Positions 39,593-53,840 of a stretch of 64,000 nucleotides of DNA are shown here, piece by piece. A program made the position numbers and the translations under genes. Position 1 is the stretch's first letter; every line of letters begins with the position of its first letter. The DNA lies in NCBI RefSeq assembly GCF_964204645.1, contig NC_134026.1, positions 21,982,150 through 22,046,149 on the forward strand. The letters are read 5' to 3'. Below the pieces are notes generated by a model. That model did not search any database and had not been told where the DNA came from. It saw only the letters and a program-made list of their open reading frames with translations. The DNA comes from Tubulanus polymorphus. Taxonomy: Eukaryota > Animalia > Nemertea.

Positions 39593-42573
39593 TTACTAGG
39601 GGCGGAATACAGCACTAGGCCGTTCGTTTAACCTACGAGCAATGAGCAATCATTTCTCGTAGGTTTAACTAAGCGGTCAATGGCATCATAAGTACATGCA
39701 ACAGATTATGAAAATGACGTTAGGGATTTGAGATACATGTAGCGAATTATGAACAAAAATCCTATTCAATTACGAATTCAAAAACGCATCAGTAGTTGCA
39801 AATCCCAGTCAGGTCACCATAAAGTGCGTAGTTGCAAAATCTCAGCAAGATTCAATCAGACATTAGTTTTTTTTTCTCGAATATACAACTCCTCGGGTAA
39901 AAGAATTAAGCACTGAATGCCACCTTCTGGTGTTATTGTGGCAATTATGATAAGCCAGTGGTGACTTTGATGAGCACATAAACACACCAGTCGCATATAC
40001 AATAGCTTCAAAATTGTCCGACAAGTTAACTGCAAGATTACCGGCGCGACACCAGTCAGATGTTATTTTGTCATAAAATACACTTGGCACGATGAAATAT
40101 GCATAGAGGGGTTGTTCCTCTATTTGCCTTTGATTATTAACCCTAACACACAATAGACATCTCCTCTGCGAAAAGCGATGCAAAGATAAAAGGTAACCAT
40201 AATGACTCGAATGCAGCCTATGATAATGCCAATAAACCTGGTAGGCTAAGCAATGAAACTCATCCCCTCTGCAGAAAGCAAACAATGATTTCATAAAAAA
40301 ACGATGAGCGGCTGATATCACTTCGTAATTCTACGAGCCAAAAAGCCTTGGGGCGTTAAGACATGACAAGGACTGCATCATCATTTCGCCCACCACAAAA
40401 TCCGATTGATCAATTTGAACCCGGGGATATTGACAATGAATAATATGGAATTCAATCATTGATGGGTATACCGCGCAATGAATTCAATTACAAAAAAAGC
40501 AGCTCACATGGAAATGACGATCGCTGGCCGTAATTTTTTACGACGCTCCAGAGAGTTTTCAGTAGGTAGCTCGATGGGTAAGGAAGAAAATGAAAACTTT
40601 GCGAGGTTATGAGCCCGAGGTTGATTTCACTATCAAAACGTAGAAGACTGTTAGAATTGTTTTTGCGGCGATACTGATCATGCTTTAATCAGGACAAATA
40701 AGGGTACACAGGTACTCCCTGACACAGATTCCTTCATAATTCATATCATATCATCATCTTTATTTTCCTTTACAATTTCGGTTACATATAATGTAAAATC
40801 ATTGTTACTTGTAATACACTAATAGGCCTATACATCAATACATCTTTTTCAGTATAAGTAAATAAATAAATAAATAAATAAGTGGATTCATTTCACATTA
40901 TATGTAACAGAAATAGATAGGAGGGAACAGTAAAAAGCCAACGCTTGTAAGAAACTGGCCCCCCAAACCCGTCCAAGTAGACCGAATTAGTGGATGTCAT
41001 GACCACTATTAGGCGGTAGTATTGCTGGTGAATCGTAATTGTATGCAAGATGACTGAACGATATACATTAAGATGCCACAAGCTGCAGAAACCAATTATG
41101 GCTGCTTCGAAACTAAATCTTTTTTGGAATTCCTTCATGCTCAAATCGAAATATAAATAAGATATGAGATACGTCAGCGGCCTAAATGAATTATCAGTTG
41201 TCAGCAAATTCCTTCAAGAAAATGATTTTTTGGAAATCAGACGCCCGATGATTTCTACTAAAGACGCAACTGTTTACTGAAGAACCCACACGGAATCAGT
41301 AACGATTCAAAAAAGAAAATACAAGAGTCAATCGAAACGATCATTTAATTCTATTGAATCGGCTATGTTTAATCAACTAACAACTTTCGCAGGTCCTCCT
41401 ATTTCGGTATCGCAATGATGAGACATTCTGAAACTGACGCGTCGAAGATGCAGTCGACACAATGTTAACAATGCATAAACCGGATAAATCTGTGTCAGGG
41501 CGAACGACGCTTACAGCAAATGAGCAGCACGATTCGAATTCGAGATTCTGAAATATTCATCAGATCACAACTGTTGGCGATGCAAACAGGCGTTAAATCA
41601 TCAGGTGCAATTATTAGATATGCGCAGGGGGCCGTGACGAGTGTCTTTTCTAGTAATTGCATTGTCAAATCTTGGGACCAAGCATTGATTTAAATATAAG
41701 ATGAACTATTCACGACACTGCATTAATGTGGAAGTGTATTTCAAAGTGAAATCTTGTCAATCCTGGGTACACTTTTGTGTGATTTTACTTCGCATTTCAA
41801 TATCCTGTGGCAGAGTATAGGCATAGATCCAAGACATGCAGGACATCTGCCGTAACTATTTATTGGATAAGTTGGCAAAACGATCTAATTGCGACAATTA
41901 TTTTTCTGATCAAAATGACAGGAACTTCAAAGAACTTTGAAGAAGCCGTATCCAGTTTCAACGGGAGTCGACCAAAGGCCATTCCAGAACTCTACGATAA
42001 GCATATTCAAACATTATCGCGTTTCAAACATTTCCCAGTAGAATCCCCTTCGAAGCAACTCACCAGCAAGTAATGAAACCGTATGTGGAATTCCCATAAG
42101 GTCGTAACCAAATGCAAAAACATTTCTACCACCACGGCATAGTTAGGATTGACTTTTCCTTAGATATTCATCTCTCTTTCTCTTCCTAGCGCGCATGCTG
42201 GAATACAGCAATACATCATTAACACGACCAATGACATTGTTGTCTTCGTCGCCCCGACATTGAACCTTTAAGACGAATGAAGATACGCCTGAAACCAAAT
42301 ATAAGTATCGCTATCGTGACAAAGTTCACAGAATATCATTAATGAGAAGATATCAACAAAAACCCTGAATCCAGGTATGTGCCCTGTACCGGTGAAGTCA
42401 ATATGCTCGCCAGATCAGAAGTCACAAATGTGCCATCGTAATGAAATCAACTTCGATCCAATTGACGAATAGATATCGAGCACAAGCTACTACAATTTGC
42501 TTCAGTGACCAAAAAGACGCATGACTGCAAGCTTATGAATTATAGATTCTTGAGGCTGGAACTGGGTCCTTAA

Positions 42574-42858
42574 CTCTTTCAGTGCTGACTTATCAATACC
42601 CTATAGTGCTGGAGATAATTTGAAAGTTTTGGAAGATTCAACCCTATGTTGAATAACGGCAATACCACTATAGTGCGTCTACACCACAGTACAGTGTAAC
42701 ATTAGTTTCTGATATTTCACTATGTTTGACAGGTGCTGCTATCTTTCAATAGAGATAAAAACTAATTACTACTTACACCAATACACCGCAGTGCGGTGTA
42801 CTAGCAAAATCCATCACCGATTCATACACCGCACTGCGGTTTAGACGCACTGAAAGGG
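42574..42858 (+). mobile_element. MITE family B, piggyBac-like
   Basis: TTAA-ctctttcagtgc...gcactgaaaggg-TTAA. Confidence 0.92.
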
Positions 42859-43549
42859 TTAAAAAACATTTTGTCAATACCAAATCAGATGAAATAATCG
42901 CCAAAACAATTTCAGCATTAAATAATCATTACTAATTAATTGTGGTGCCAAAGACCGATTACGTTTTATCCTAGACCTACAACAAGACCTATAAGCTTCA
43001 GGGATGCAAGTTTCTGAGCAAAGTTAAGTATGCATTTTTCACTTTACCCCGAAAAGGGATGGACAAATATGATAACGACTACAGATATTAATTAGTTAAT
43101 GTCATTCCAGAAAGCCGGATGGCTCAAATGGACATGGTTCTCAGGGAAGAGAGCTTTCGTGAGAACGAAACTTAGAAGGCGGCTACTACGTTCATCGCGT
43201 GCTTTCGTTCGATTTCTAAATTGCTGCGTATACGTTGAAGATTGAAATCCATTAGAAATGATTCAATTTGCGACGAGAATTAACTCTTACAGAAAACGCA
43301 CAGGCTACATACATGCGTCAACCTACAAAAACATTTCTACTCATCAAAATAGTCATTCGAATTGTAACCACCACGACAGCAGTAGGAGAGGTATGTAACA
43401 GTATTCCGTATATTAGCCATCACCAAGAGAGGCTCCACGGAAACATTCTTCACGAAACCACTGACCGAGGAAATTAGGAATCACGGTCATTTGAAACATG
43501 TTCGGAATGTCTTGCTGCTTTTGGACACAATAATGAACGATGGCATCTA

Positions 43550-43854
43550 TAGCCACAATCGCACGGAGACGATTCGGCCCGAAGTAAATTTGTCCCATGC
43601 CTGATAAGAGAGCACATTCTAACATAAACAACTCACTCGATACTAAACAATGCTCAAACAAAGCGAAGTGCGTCATTTCCGGAACAGTTGCGATGCGCAC
43701 ACAATTTGACCTGCACTAAAACTTGGCTCGGGTCTGGTACGACGTTTTTGGTCGGGCCAGACAGGCACGGGCCCATTGGCAACCATATGAATGGCTGTTC
43801 CAAGCTGAATAAAGCATGGGCCATATTTGGCCTGGGTCAAAATGCTTGCGGCTT
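43550..43854 (+). mobile_element. MITE family A, near full length
   Basis: tagccacaatcgcacggagacgattcggccc...actcgatactaaacaatgctcaaacaaagcgaag...gcggctt. Confidence 0.85.
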
Positions 43855-44863
43855 ATGCCGAACATTGTTGAATAGCTGAAGAAGAAATGGATTGAAAAAT
43901 GAATAGAATATTTGTAGCAGAATTTCTGCACCCAGTACTACAGTTAATGCGGGGATTAAGTTATAATATCTAATTTCAACCCGAAATCAACTGATCTGGT
44001 CCCTTTTTCTCAATTGATCTCTTCGCATGATAATAGGGAAGGCTCAAACTCAAGCGATACACAACAATTAACTATCAGTCTCAGTACATGAAAAAAACTC
44101 ATTTAGGAGCGCAGTTGCAGACTTTTTACCACTCACGCAAACCACCTGCAAGGCGCTAATCCGACCATAGCAGGTGCATAAAAGATAACTCAATCACCTA
44201 GTCGACTTAGTATCAAAAATGACTTAATATTTCTAACAATAAGGAAGCGCAATTTTCACACTATTGAAAAACGAACGTATTCCCATTCCTCGAGTGTACG
44301 CATTCATAACTCTAATCTAACTGCAGATACAAGTGCGCCTTGAAGCGAAACTAACAAGCGAAATAATTTCCACAAGGCATCGTTAACATTCTCGGAAAAA
44401 CGGTTATTAACGACGAAATCAGGTTGAGAAATGCCTTTAATTGCGTATGAATAGAAAAGTATCATTCGGAGCTGTTGGCGTTCAGTCCAATTATCTCGCC
44501 GATGCTAAATGAAATCTATGGGCACGTATATGTCAATTTAATGCAGCAAAAAACTTGCGCATTAGCCGCTCAAAATAAACACGGTTTCATCTTTTATATG
44601 ACACTTGATGCTAGTAATTGATGCACTAATGGCATATGTGTCCATTTGTATTATACGCGTTGCCAACAGAAACTTAATTGTACTTTACCCTTGTTGACGG
44701 ATGATGTTAACCTTTATCAGCAGACCAAGCTTACGTTTACCGAATATACAAGACACTTCGAACGAAAAAACTAAGAGAAACAGTTTAGGCTAATCGTGAA
44801 AACAAAAATTCATTCAAATGTCAACCATCGTATTTACGGCGAATTTCATCGTTAAAAGTTTAA

Positions 44864-45141
44864 CACTTTCAGTGCATCTACACCGCAGTGCATCGGTGAT
44901 GGATTTTGCTAGTACACCGCACTGCGGTGTATTGATGTAATTAGTAATTAGTTTTAGTCTCTATTGAAAGATGGCAGCACCTGTCAAACATAGTGAAATA
45001 TTAGTAACTAATGATACACTGCGCCGCGGTGTAGACGCACTTTGGTGGTATTCCCGTTATTCAATACACTAGGGAGAATTTTTCAAAATTTTCAAAATAT
45101 CTCCAGCACTATAGGGTATTGATCAGTCAGCACTGAAAGGG
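44864..45141 (-). mobile_element. MITE family B, piggyBac-like, inverted relative to the other two copies
   Basis: TTAA-cactttcagtgc...gcactgaaaggg-TTAA. Reverse complement of 42574-42858. Confidence 0.92.
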
Positions 45142-48100
45142 TTAACCACCTTTCGCTAAAGGGGTTTAACGATGATGAATTACCATATTCGTAGTAGTCT
45201 TATATACATTCTTTTCAATGGTTGAAGAATCAACTGAGCGAGTGAAACAATTGTTACATATACACAGCCCCACCCAGTTCTTCACTGTAATAGTAACTTC
45301 CTCTCTTTTTTTCTCCTCGAATGAAGAAAATCTATTGCTTCGACAGGAAAACACACAATAAAGCGCGCCAACCAATTACAAGTGACGAAACAAGCAAATT
45401 CATCATTATTTCTAGCATTATTCATTAATCGCACTATAATGGGTAGGCTACATCAGTATAACATCACCTACATGGCTTGACATTGCATCTGATTTAATTG
45501 TCAGGTATTTTGATCCAACAGGTGAACCTTAAGCCTAACTCAGGTCATATAAGGTCCGACCCTGATCTCCGGAGCTTCAGAAATCGACACGTGGGAGATC
45601 AAAGTTACTTGAAAATGAACTAAGTTCATCTGATATCTCTGTGGCACCATCTGACAGGATAGTGTGTCTCGGTGCCCCATTGACCCGACAATCTGATATG
45701 AATGCTCATGAGAGCGAAATGCAGATGATCAGATCGGTATTACCTGAGTTATTATCTGAGTGTTTGGCTTAGCGCTGTTGTCAGGTACATTGGTAAGACA
45801 GGTGCAATTGTATCAATCGCGTCCTTATCAGGTGCATTGTATAATGCAGGTAGATCTTCTGCCATCATCAAGAACATTGTTCAATAACGTACCATGCATT
45901 GTATAGCACCTTTGTCAGGTAAATTATACAATTAAAAGAATGATAATTTTGGTCACCTTTGGTCACCAACTGTTATAGCTTTGATGGAAACAGCATTTAA
46001 TTTACAGCCGTCTACCGCGGCCTGAAGCGGTTGCATGTGATACGCTATGTATAGGCGGTATAACGGTGTGACATGAAATGTTCTCAACCGATGATAAATC
46101 TAGCCATTAATATCTTCAATTGACGAGCGTATCACCGTCGAACTACCAGAAATAAATGGGCGCCGATGATGTAATGGGCTGGAATCCGCGAAAAGATGAA
46201 TCGTTATTATGTACTAAATGTTGATAATGATTCACGACAACTTTGCGCATAATACGGAAATATGTCAATTATCGGATCATGGAGAAATAACCAATCGCTT
46301 TACATCGTTGATCGAGGTTTCATCAAGTTTAAACTAAGTGTAACACGTTACAATCAATAAAGCAAAGCAACAAACCTCATCAAATTTGTATCAGTATATT
46401 GATATGTTTACTTCTGAAAAGTGTGAAAACGTCTCAATATGGCATGTTACGGATGTCGAAATTTCACTAAGTTGAATGTACTTTCGTAGTCCATGGAATT
46501 TAGTTTTTATATTTCCCCTTAAGTTTTATGCCAGATGAGAACATCGAATAAATTTTCAAATCACGAGAAGGCAGCTTCAATTTGTTTTCAGATTTTTATC
46601 ACCAATTATAAAAAAGGCAATTTGGAAATTTCAATGATATTTCGTCCGGATACCTGAAACTCCTCTCTAAATCAACCCGTGATTAGCAGCATACAGTAGA
46701 TAACTTATCAGAAGAAAATTTTCAAACTGGAGAAAATGACATTCGATAAATATTTCATTTCTTGATGGGAAAATTACTCTTGGTTTTAAGAGTACATTTA
46801 CGTCAATCGGTGTACTTTAAGAACAAAAAACCGACAGCTGCAGACCGGTGAAATAGAGAGAAATAAAAGCAGACAGTCGTATTTGGACATTTTATGCAAA
46901 TAATCATACTGCTGAGAAGGAGGAAATTTTGCACTGAAATTCATCATAAACTAGACAGCTGCACAGACGAACATAGCAAGCTGAATCTGCGAGTGGTTTC
47001 AGATATTATATATTCCAAGATCAAAAGTGCCGCAAGATGAACGGAAGCCAAACTATATATCTGTCATTGTTGACAGATTTTCAATCATATACGACTGGTC
47101 TGTATTGATTCAGATGGATCCCGCTAATATCGGCATCAAAATTTTCCATTTAGAGAGTTAATTAACCGAGATATACACAACTGCAAATCTTCCAATCAAA
47201 TATCACATATATATATATATCCTAATTCAGATTGAAGTGTATTTGGCACCACATTTTCCATATGAAAATGTCAATCCAACTCATATTCTAAGAATCCAAA
47301 ATTAAGTACTTTTATGTGAAGACTTAAAAAAGGGGCTTCAATACAATAATGCATTTTGATAAAAAAAGAATATCAAATAACACTCCATTATACTCTTATA
47401 CTCGGCGATGCTTATTAAACTTACTTAAGTAGATGTACTTTTAAATATCTTAAAAATTTATTCATCTTCGTCAATCAAGCAAAGAAAGTAGATAATTTTG
47501 TATGGATGGTTCCTCCAGAATTAGGACAGATGCTATGTCCTAAACTATTCGTTATATATGTCTGGACTCAACTATTCGTTTTATGTGTTGGTTGAACAGA
47601 CATTGTTCTGGCCAACGCAATTGAATTATCCGTAATCCATATTCGGATATTGCGTGTTCATTTTTCTTACAGACAGGGAAGGGCATGTGACCACGAAACA
47701 GTAACACGGAATCTCACAGCAAAATAAGAGATAAGATCATATTCAGTATTTATTATGTTTTAGACTTGTCATCACCCGAAGTATCAATTATCTATGGTTT
47801 CATAACAGATGCAACATAAATCTGCCCTTTACCTATAAATCAAATTCATGGAACTATTTGCCTTATCAATGGGCTTATATCTAATGCAAGTCGAACTGAG
47901 CTCTGAGTGAAATTAACTCATAGAATCATGATTTAATGATCAGTATAACGCACTGTTTAGAATGTTTCATCGGGACAAAATGCAATTTCATAAACTCAAG
48001 CCTGTACGTTCCTCATTCAATAACATTGTATTTATGGATTTGAAATATTTCATAATCTAATCGGTATGATAAACCTGTTCAAAACATGTATGCAGCGCAA

Positions 48101-49689
48101 AACTTCACTTTGCATATTTCTAAACCTATATCAATTTACATACTATTTGGTTTTTGAAAATTGTACGTTTAGAATAGACTCCTCTGTACCGAAGCATGAT
48201 TTCTCCCTACCAAAGCATACTTCTTAAAGCACTTTCAATATTTTCATAAATTCAGTTGATGAAAAACGAGTTATAGAAGCAGCGAAAGCACCACCCCATT
48301 ACCACCATTAGCTCGGAGCGGGACTGCCAATTCAGCCTGATTATGTCTTCTAGTGGTGACAAAGACATGGTTTTTTTCCAGCTTAAGTAGAAACCTAATA
48401 ACACTTATACCCACTGGACTACTTGTGCAGACATTTTATCAGAAATACCACACGTCCTGGGATATCATAAATGTTGCAAATGCAACACTGCTGTCAGGAG
48501 TCTAGAACAAGTATATACATCTTAAATCACGAAGATTTGTGCACGCGACACGTATATAACAAACTTTGTTGTGTCTTTAATAGCGAACTGATATGTACTT
48601 GCGGCCTAAAAAAAACTGAGATTTCAGAGTAAACCTTAAAATCGATTTCTTGACCAGCAACAACAACAATTGAATTAAACGCTTCGGGGCATTACACAAG
48701 AGAATATTTGATGAACATAGAAATTGTTAAAGAATTAAAACGTAGGAAACGTAAGACAAAACATTGCTGCGTGACAAGGCTTCACGCTGTTTTGTGGCAT
48801 TAAGTCCCAAGGGAAGAACATATTCTTGGGGAACTTCATTACAAATCAGCAAAACTACCACACAATTATTCATCTAGCCAATGTACATAGTGCCATTCTA
48901 CATACAGAATAACTTGTTTTTTCTATTAAAAAAAAAATAGTGGATTTGATTACGCTCGAAACTGCAATCAGCGAGACAATTGACAAACCATGTAATTTAC
49001 GAACTGCAATGGAAAATGCTGTAAACCCATATAGCAGCATAAGAGACGAGACTTGCCGCTTATGCTTGGATACAAATGATCATAATCTATCGCGCAAATT
49101 AATATCTAAAAAACCACGTGCTCTCCAAACATTTCCTGTACATTAAAACAAAACTACTATAATTGGCCATAAATATGATGGATCAAAATGGAGTTGGTAC
49201 TTCGATGTTATTCTGTCAACCTGACTTATTGACAGGCATGAGCTGCATCACAAGCTCGAGGCATACACAGCCTACGTTAAATCTTAAAATCAGTTTTATA
49301 CATACTTAAGGTTATTCCATTACATTTGACTTCATAAAGAACGTATGTATCAGAAGCGACATTTCAAATATTTCATATCAAGCGTTATTGGCTCTTGAAG
49401 AGAAACACTACAGAATATGACTTACAAGCATCATTGCATATATTGAAAACCATTCTAACATGTCTGGCTACGGAAAAACCGCAATTCCAGATGTCAGCTT
49501 CAAATTGTGTGTTATTGCATTAATGTATACCTACAGCTATAGGAAAACTGATAAAACAGTAATATAATGGTTTTTCTTTGGATTATGATCGATAAACATC
49601 AAGATGTGTAGATCTAATCAATGGTAGAATGATCCAAGCGAATTTAATCCAATACAAGGTGCTGATTAAACTTCCACTCTATGATGATA

Positions 49690-49904
49690 AAAGTGAAGTG
49701 GATCATTTCCGGTGCCAGTTGCAATTCAAACGCAATCTTTGTCTGGTGCTAAAATTAGGCTCGGGCCTGCTCAAGTTTTCAAGATATTCTTTTTTTATCA
49801 AAATGCATTATTGTTGTTTTTGGTCGGGCCAAACAGACTCGGGCCCATTTGGCACCCGTGTGAACAGTTGTTCCGGGCCAAATTTGCTCGTGTGATCGCG
49901 GCTA
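49690..49904 (+). mobile_element. MITE family A, right part
   Basis: catttccggtgccagttgcaattcaaacgcaatc...cgtgtgatcgcggcta followed by TA. Confidence 0.82.
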
Positions 49905-50021
49905 TAATCTGGGAAGATATAGCATGTTTTCTAATTAATCACAACTCCATCATAAGGTCCGAAATCAAGCATAGTTCTCGGCACACACTGGCATCGACTC
50001 AAGTGATTCGGCCCTACGTAA

Positions 50022-50331
50022 TAGCCGCGTCACATGGAGACGATTTGGCCGAGGCCAAATTGGCACGGATCAGACCCGAGTCAAATTTGGCCTGTGCCTA
50101 ATTGGAGAATGGTTTTCATATGTAAACCACTCAATCTATACTAGACAATGTTTAAACAATGCAAAGTGAGTCACTTCTGGAACCTTGGCAATTCACATGC
50201 AATGATTTGTCCTGTGCTAAAATTTGGCTCTTCTAATGTTTCTATTCAAGAGCCAATTGGCCCAGCCTAAACAGGCGCAGGCCCATTTGGCACCCATGTG
50301 AACAGTTTTTCTGGAATAAATTTGGCAGCTT
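50022..50331 (+). mobile_element. MITE family A, near full length
   Basis: tagccgcgtcacatggagacgatttggcc...gcccatttggcacccatgtgaacag. Confidence 0.85.
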
Positions 50332-50504
50332 ATGGAATGAGTTTGCACAGGTCTTATAGTATCAACAAGTGGCTGTTGGTCATCAATGATCATAAAATTT
50401 GTTAGCGGAAAAAAACATTGGATAAATTGTTGTATTTTTATCCGTTTACCTGGCATCAGAAAAGCAATCATATACCACAAGCAACATTTTCATCAAATAC
50501 TAAC

Positions 50505-50716
50505 CGTCTCTGTAAATAAGCCCCTGAAGATGGCCACGAGCGATGAGTGACTTTCAGCACTAAACGTCTCCGCAGAGTCGACTTGTCGCACGAATCGTTC
50601 GACATCGGGCGCATCATTTTGCGCGAGCCGTGCGACCACAGATGCCCGTTGAATTCGGTACCACCGCCGTCATGGTGCTTTTTGGACTCCATTACGGCGG
50701 CGCCAACATTAACCAT
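50505..50716 (-). CDS. Pde4: probable PDE4 alternative first coding exon MVNVGAAVMESKKHHDGGG...STLRRRLVLKVTHRSWPSSGAYLQR(R)
   Basis: First in-frame ATG at 50716 (second at 50692) after an upstream in-frame TAG at 50830-28. Coding-like GC content. CG|GTTAGT phase-2 donor at 50504-50499. Same strand and phase as the recognised exons. Confidence 0.65.
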
Positions 50717-51720
50717 TAATACCTTCGTCCGGCTTGTTGAACGCGTGGTAGCAGCAGCAGCAGCAGCAGCAGTAGCAGCAGCAAACACAACAATAACGGT
50801 GACAATGACGCGAGAACTTTCAACGAACTAAAGAACGGTATTAACGAAATATACACTTTAATCCACGCAAGCGTTACAGTTCACAGTTAATCGTAGTTCC
50901 ACAGTTCGATGATCGCAGCTACCGAGATCCGTTCCGGTCGTACGTAACGGATGATGACAACATTTGAATCGCAGTTCGTCGGAGCACACGTAGTTGACAG
51001 CGTCAACGCAGCGTGCAGTTCCACGGCGGCGCGATAGCAAACGAGCGAGCGATGATATCAAACAATATTAACGATAAAGAGCCCCTACAACGGCTATGAT
51101 GTACATATTGTAAACAAACCGTGCAACGAGTTAATATAGCGCGTCAATCACCGTTTTCATCATCGGTTCATCATCATCGCTGAACTGACTAGAATATTCA
51201 TCATTCTTTACCCGGATAGACATATCTACAGCCGATTCTATAAGTGACCACTACCGTAGACTATGACAGTGTTTGGCAATTAATACAACAACCGAGTCCT
51301 CTACACTGTTATAGGTTTAAGTCAATTTTTCAGTGATATGAATCAATGTAACTTGCTAAGCCAATTTAAATCGATGTGACCAGTTGACGAAGCCAACCAG
51401 TGTTGCTCTGATCAGTTAGATGGTCTCCCTTTACTCCAATGGTATCGTCGTCCGTACTTTTTATTTATCTAGTTGACTATAGCACGTAAATACAAGCGCC
51501 GTTATCGATCCGCGCGCGATTCCGTGAATGTTCTCGAGTAAAAAAATTTGCAAGCCAGTTAGGAAACGATAGGTCCTAATGAGCAGCAATTCATGCTTTG
51601 ATCCAGCGATGTGGCGCGTAAAGTGTACGACTGATACACTGTGTTGTAGTGTTGTGGTCTGAACGCTGTTGCAGACGGAATTTATCGAATAGCTGAACAA
51701 CTCCTCACAACTCTGACTGA
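50717..51720 (-). promoter_or_regulatory. 5' UTR and putative promoter of the 50.5-kb isoform
   Basis: Long CpG-rich tract, (CAG)n/(GCT)n repeat at ~50749-50782, and minus-strand Inr-like TCAGTT at 51188-51183 and TCAGT at 51720-51716. Confidence 0.45.
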
Positions 51721-53689
51721 CAACTCTGTGACTGCTGCGATTAAGTCTACGCGGCAGCTCCTAGCAGATATACTAACATTGTCACGTAGAATTCGCGCGA
51801 TGTCTTTAAATCGACTAGAAATGATTAGTTCGCCGGATTTGGCAAAGTTTCATAAAAAAAACAAAAATCGGAGATTATTCTCCTTCGCATTCATGGCTGT
51901 GAGGCCTAGTTCGGTATACTCTCCAACGTTGATCGATGGCCTTCCGCATCGCGAATGTTTTCAGCCCGACGGAATTGATGCTCGAGATTATGAATGTATA
52001 AATCAGGTCGCAGTCGACAATTGGCCGCTTCACACATGTCTTACAAATGAATTGTATGTAAATTAAGCACATGTTACATCTGGGCGACATGTGCTCCGTC
52101 ATCGAAACCTGATGACAACTTCGATGACAACCGATCCACAACATCTGCTGTCGATGATGACAATCAGAAATAGTTCAATCGGTTTCGATCGATAGAGAAT
52201 TGAGGAGATAAATCTCAAAATATTGATGAATTTGATTTCACAGTCAGTGGCCGTACTTTGAGTATGCGCACTTTTTGAACATCCTCGCAGAGTGTAGCAG
52301 TCGATAAGAATATCGACCTCATTAATTCAGAAGCCTGACCGATGCTGAAAAGAGGAATGACCGCTACCGACACCACCACTTACACTCTTACATCACTCCA
52401 TGATATCCTCTAAGCTTTTCAGGAATGCAATCATAGGGTAATTTATGATATACACTAGATCAAAACAGATGACTTAAGTTCATTTCAAAAAGCAGATCAC
52501 TTTCACAAAAATCAAAGGGCCTGATAATAAGTTATTCAATTAATTGCTGCATACCCTACAATTTTGGCCTAATTCAATAGGTTGTCAAACCTTTAAGCCA
52601 CGGTGGGAATATGTGAAAGCTGAGTTCGGCAAATCCACTAGAAAAAGCATAATAGGAACATAAGCTTCAGATAATAATTAGACTTGTTCGCCTCATCAGC
52701 AAAACTACATGGTAAGCAGATCAAGCAAATGCGAGCCAGCATTGCTACGGATGTCGCGTCGATATTATACACGGAACCGAATTAAGGGGTCGGGGGGGGG
52801 GCAAGTCTCAGCTGCCTGTTTAAGGAAAATTCCAAACAGATACAATCAGGATAACGCCGAGCATATATACATATATACACACATGTACGTAATATAGACG
52901 ATGCGAGCTAGTCATTCATAATTGAGTTACATTCGTACGAGATAAATCTTCACTAAGCTACAAGCTCTTCTGGTTAATCTACTTCTGCGTTGGCGATACA
53001 TTCGCTCAACTGTGTACTCGACGTTAAATCAGAACCACCGGTGACAGGAGCGCGCCGCAGCCCCAAGGCCATCCGTCACAGCCATCTACGGGAAACCGCG
53101 CCGTCAATTATCATTTCGGCGTGAAATTTTTCACCGATTACACTTTTTTAAGACGCGGAATTACTAGCAAGGGATCAGGGCAGTTTTTCCCTGCTGTATG
53201 ACTGCAGTAAATCTCTGATAGGTCGAGACGATACACGAGCAAGAAATCCGACAATAATTTATCAGGCGACCGATGATGGCTATCAATCTAAGCTGAAACG
53301 TTGCTCAAAATATGCCCTCATTTATTTTCAAGGACTCTCCAACTTTTGCTATAATCATTGTGCAATTTCTCACATATTAATCTCTTATTCTTTAGATACC
53401 GCAGAAGAATCCACTAAATAATTCGACCCACTCGGATGACCATCCAATTCAAGTATTTGATAAAATATTTCTTTCAAGCCATATCTGAACGAAGTATATG
53501 TATACCATACCATCCAATTTGGATAAGACAGAAAAGTTTCCACTGACTCAAAAAAGGTTAAGATCACTCTGTAAACAGCGATCAAAGCAATCAGCATTAT
53601 GTGATCAGAATACAAATGCTATGAAAGAATCTTGTTGTTACATATAAACCTGGATCAAATGAGCGTAGAAAATTGGGGCTATTGCACCA

Positions 53690-53840
53690 CCCCCCCCCCC
53701 CCCCCCCACTTACTAAAGCCTAGCACACAGCAAGATATGAAAACAAAACAAAAGCTGTTTCCCTCCCTCCTCTCCCCCTCTCCCTCCCTCCCACTTTATC
53801 TCTCTCTCTTCCTCTCTCTTCCTCCCTCCCTCTCCCCCTC
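53690..53840. repeat. poly-C and CT-rich low-complexity tract
   Basis: C run at ~53690-53707 and a ccctc/ctct tract at 53761-53840. Confidence 0.85.

Noticed and set aside
39863-40321. 152-aa minus ORF
   Set aside because: No recognisable homology and an amino-acid composition typical of non-coding DNA.
50468-50504. In-frame LVFDENV after the 50.5-kb donor, resembling FDVENG
   Set aside because: A stop follows within a few codons and there is no UCR1 sequence. Most likely coincidence in intron sequence.
52675-52710. Hammerhead-like CTGATGAG on the minus strand
   Set aside because: No stem II closure or GAAA core follows.
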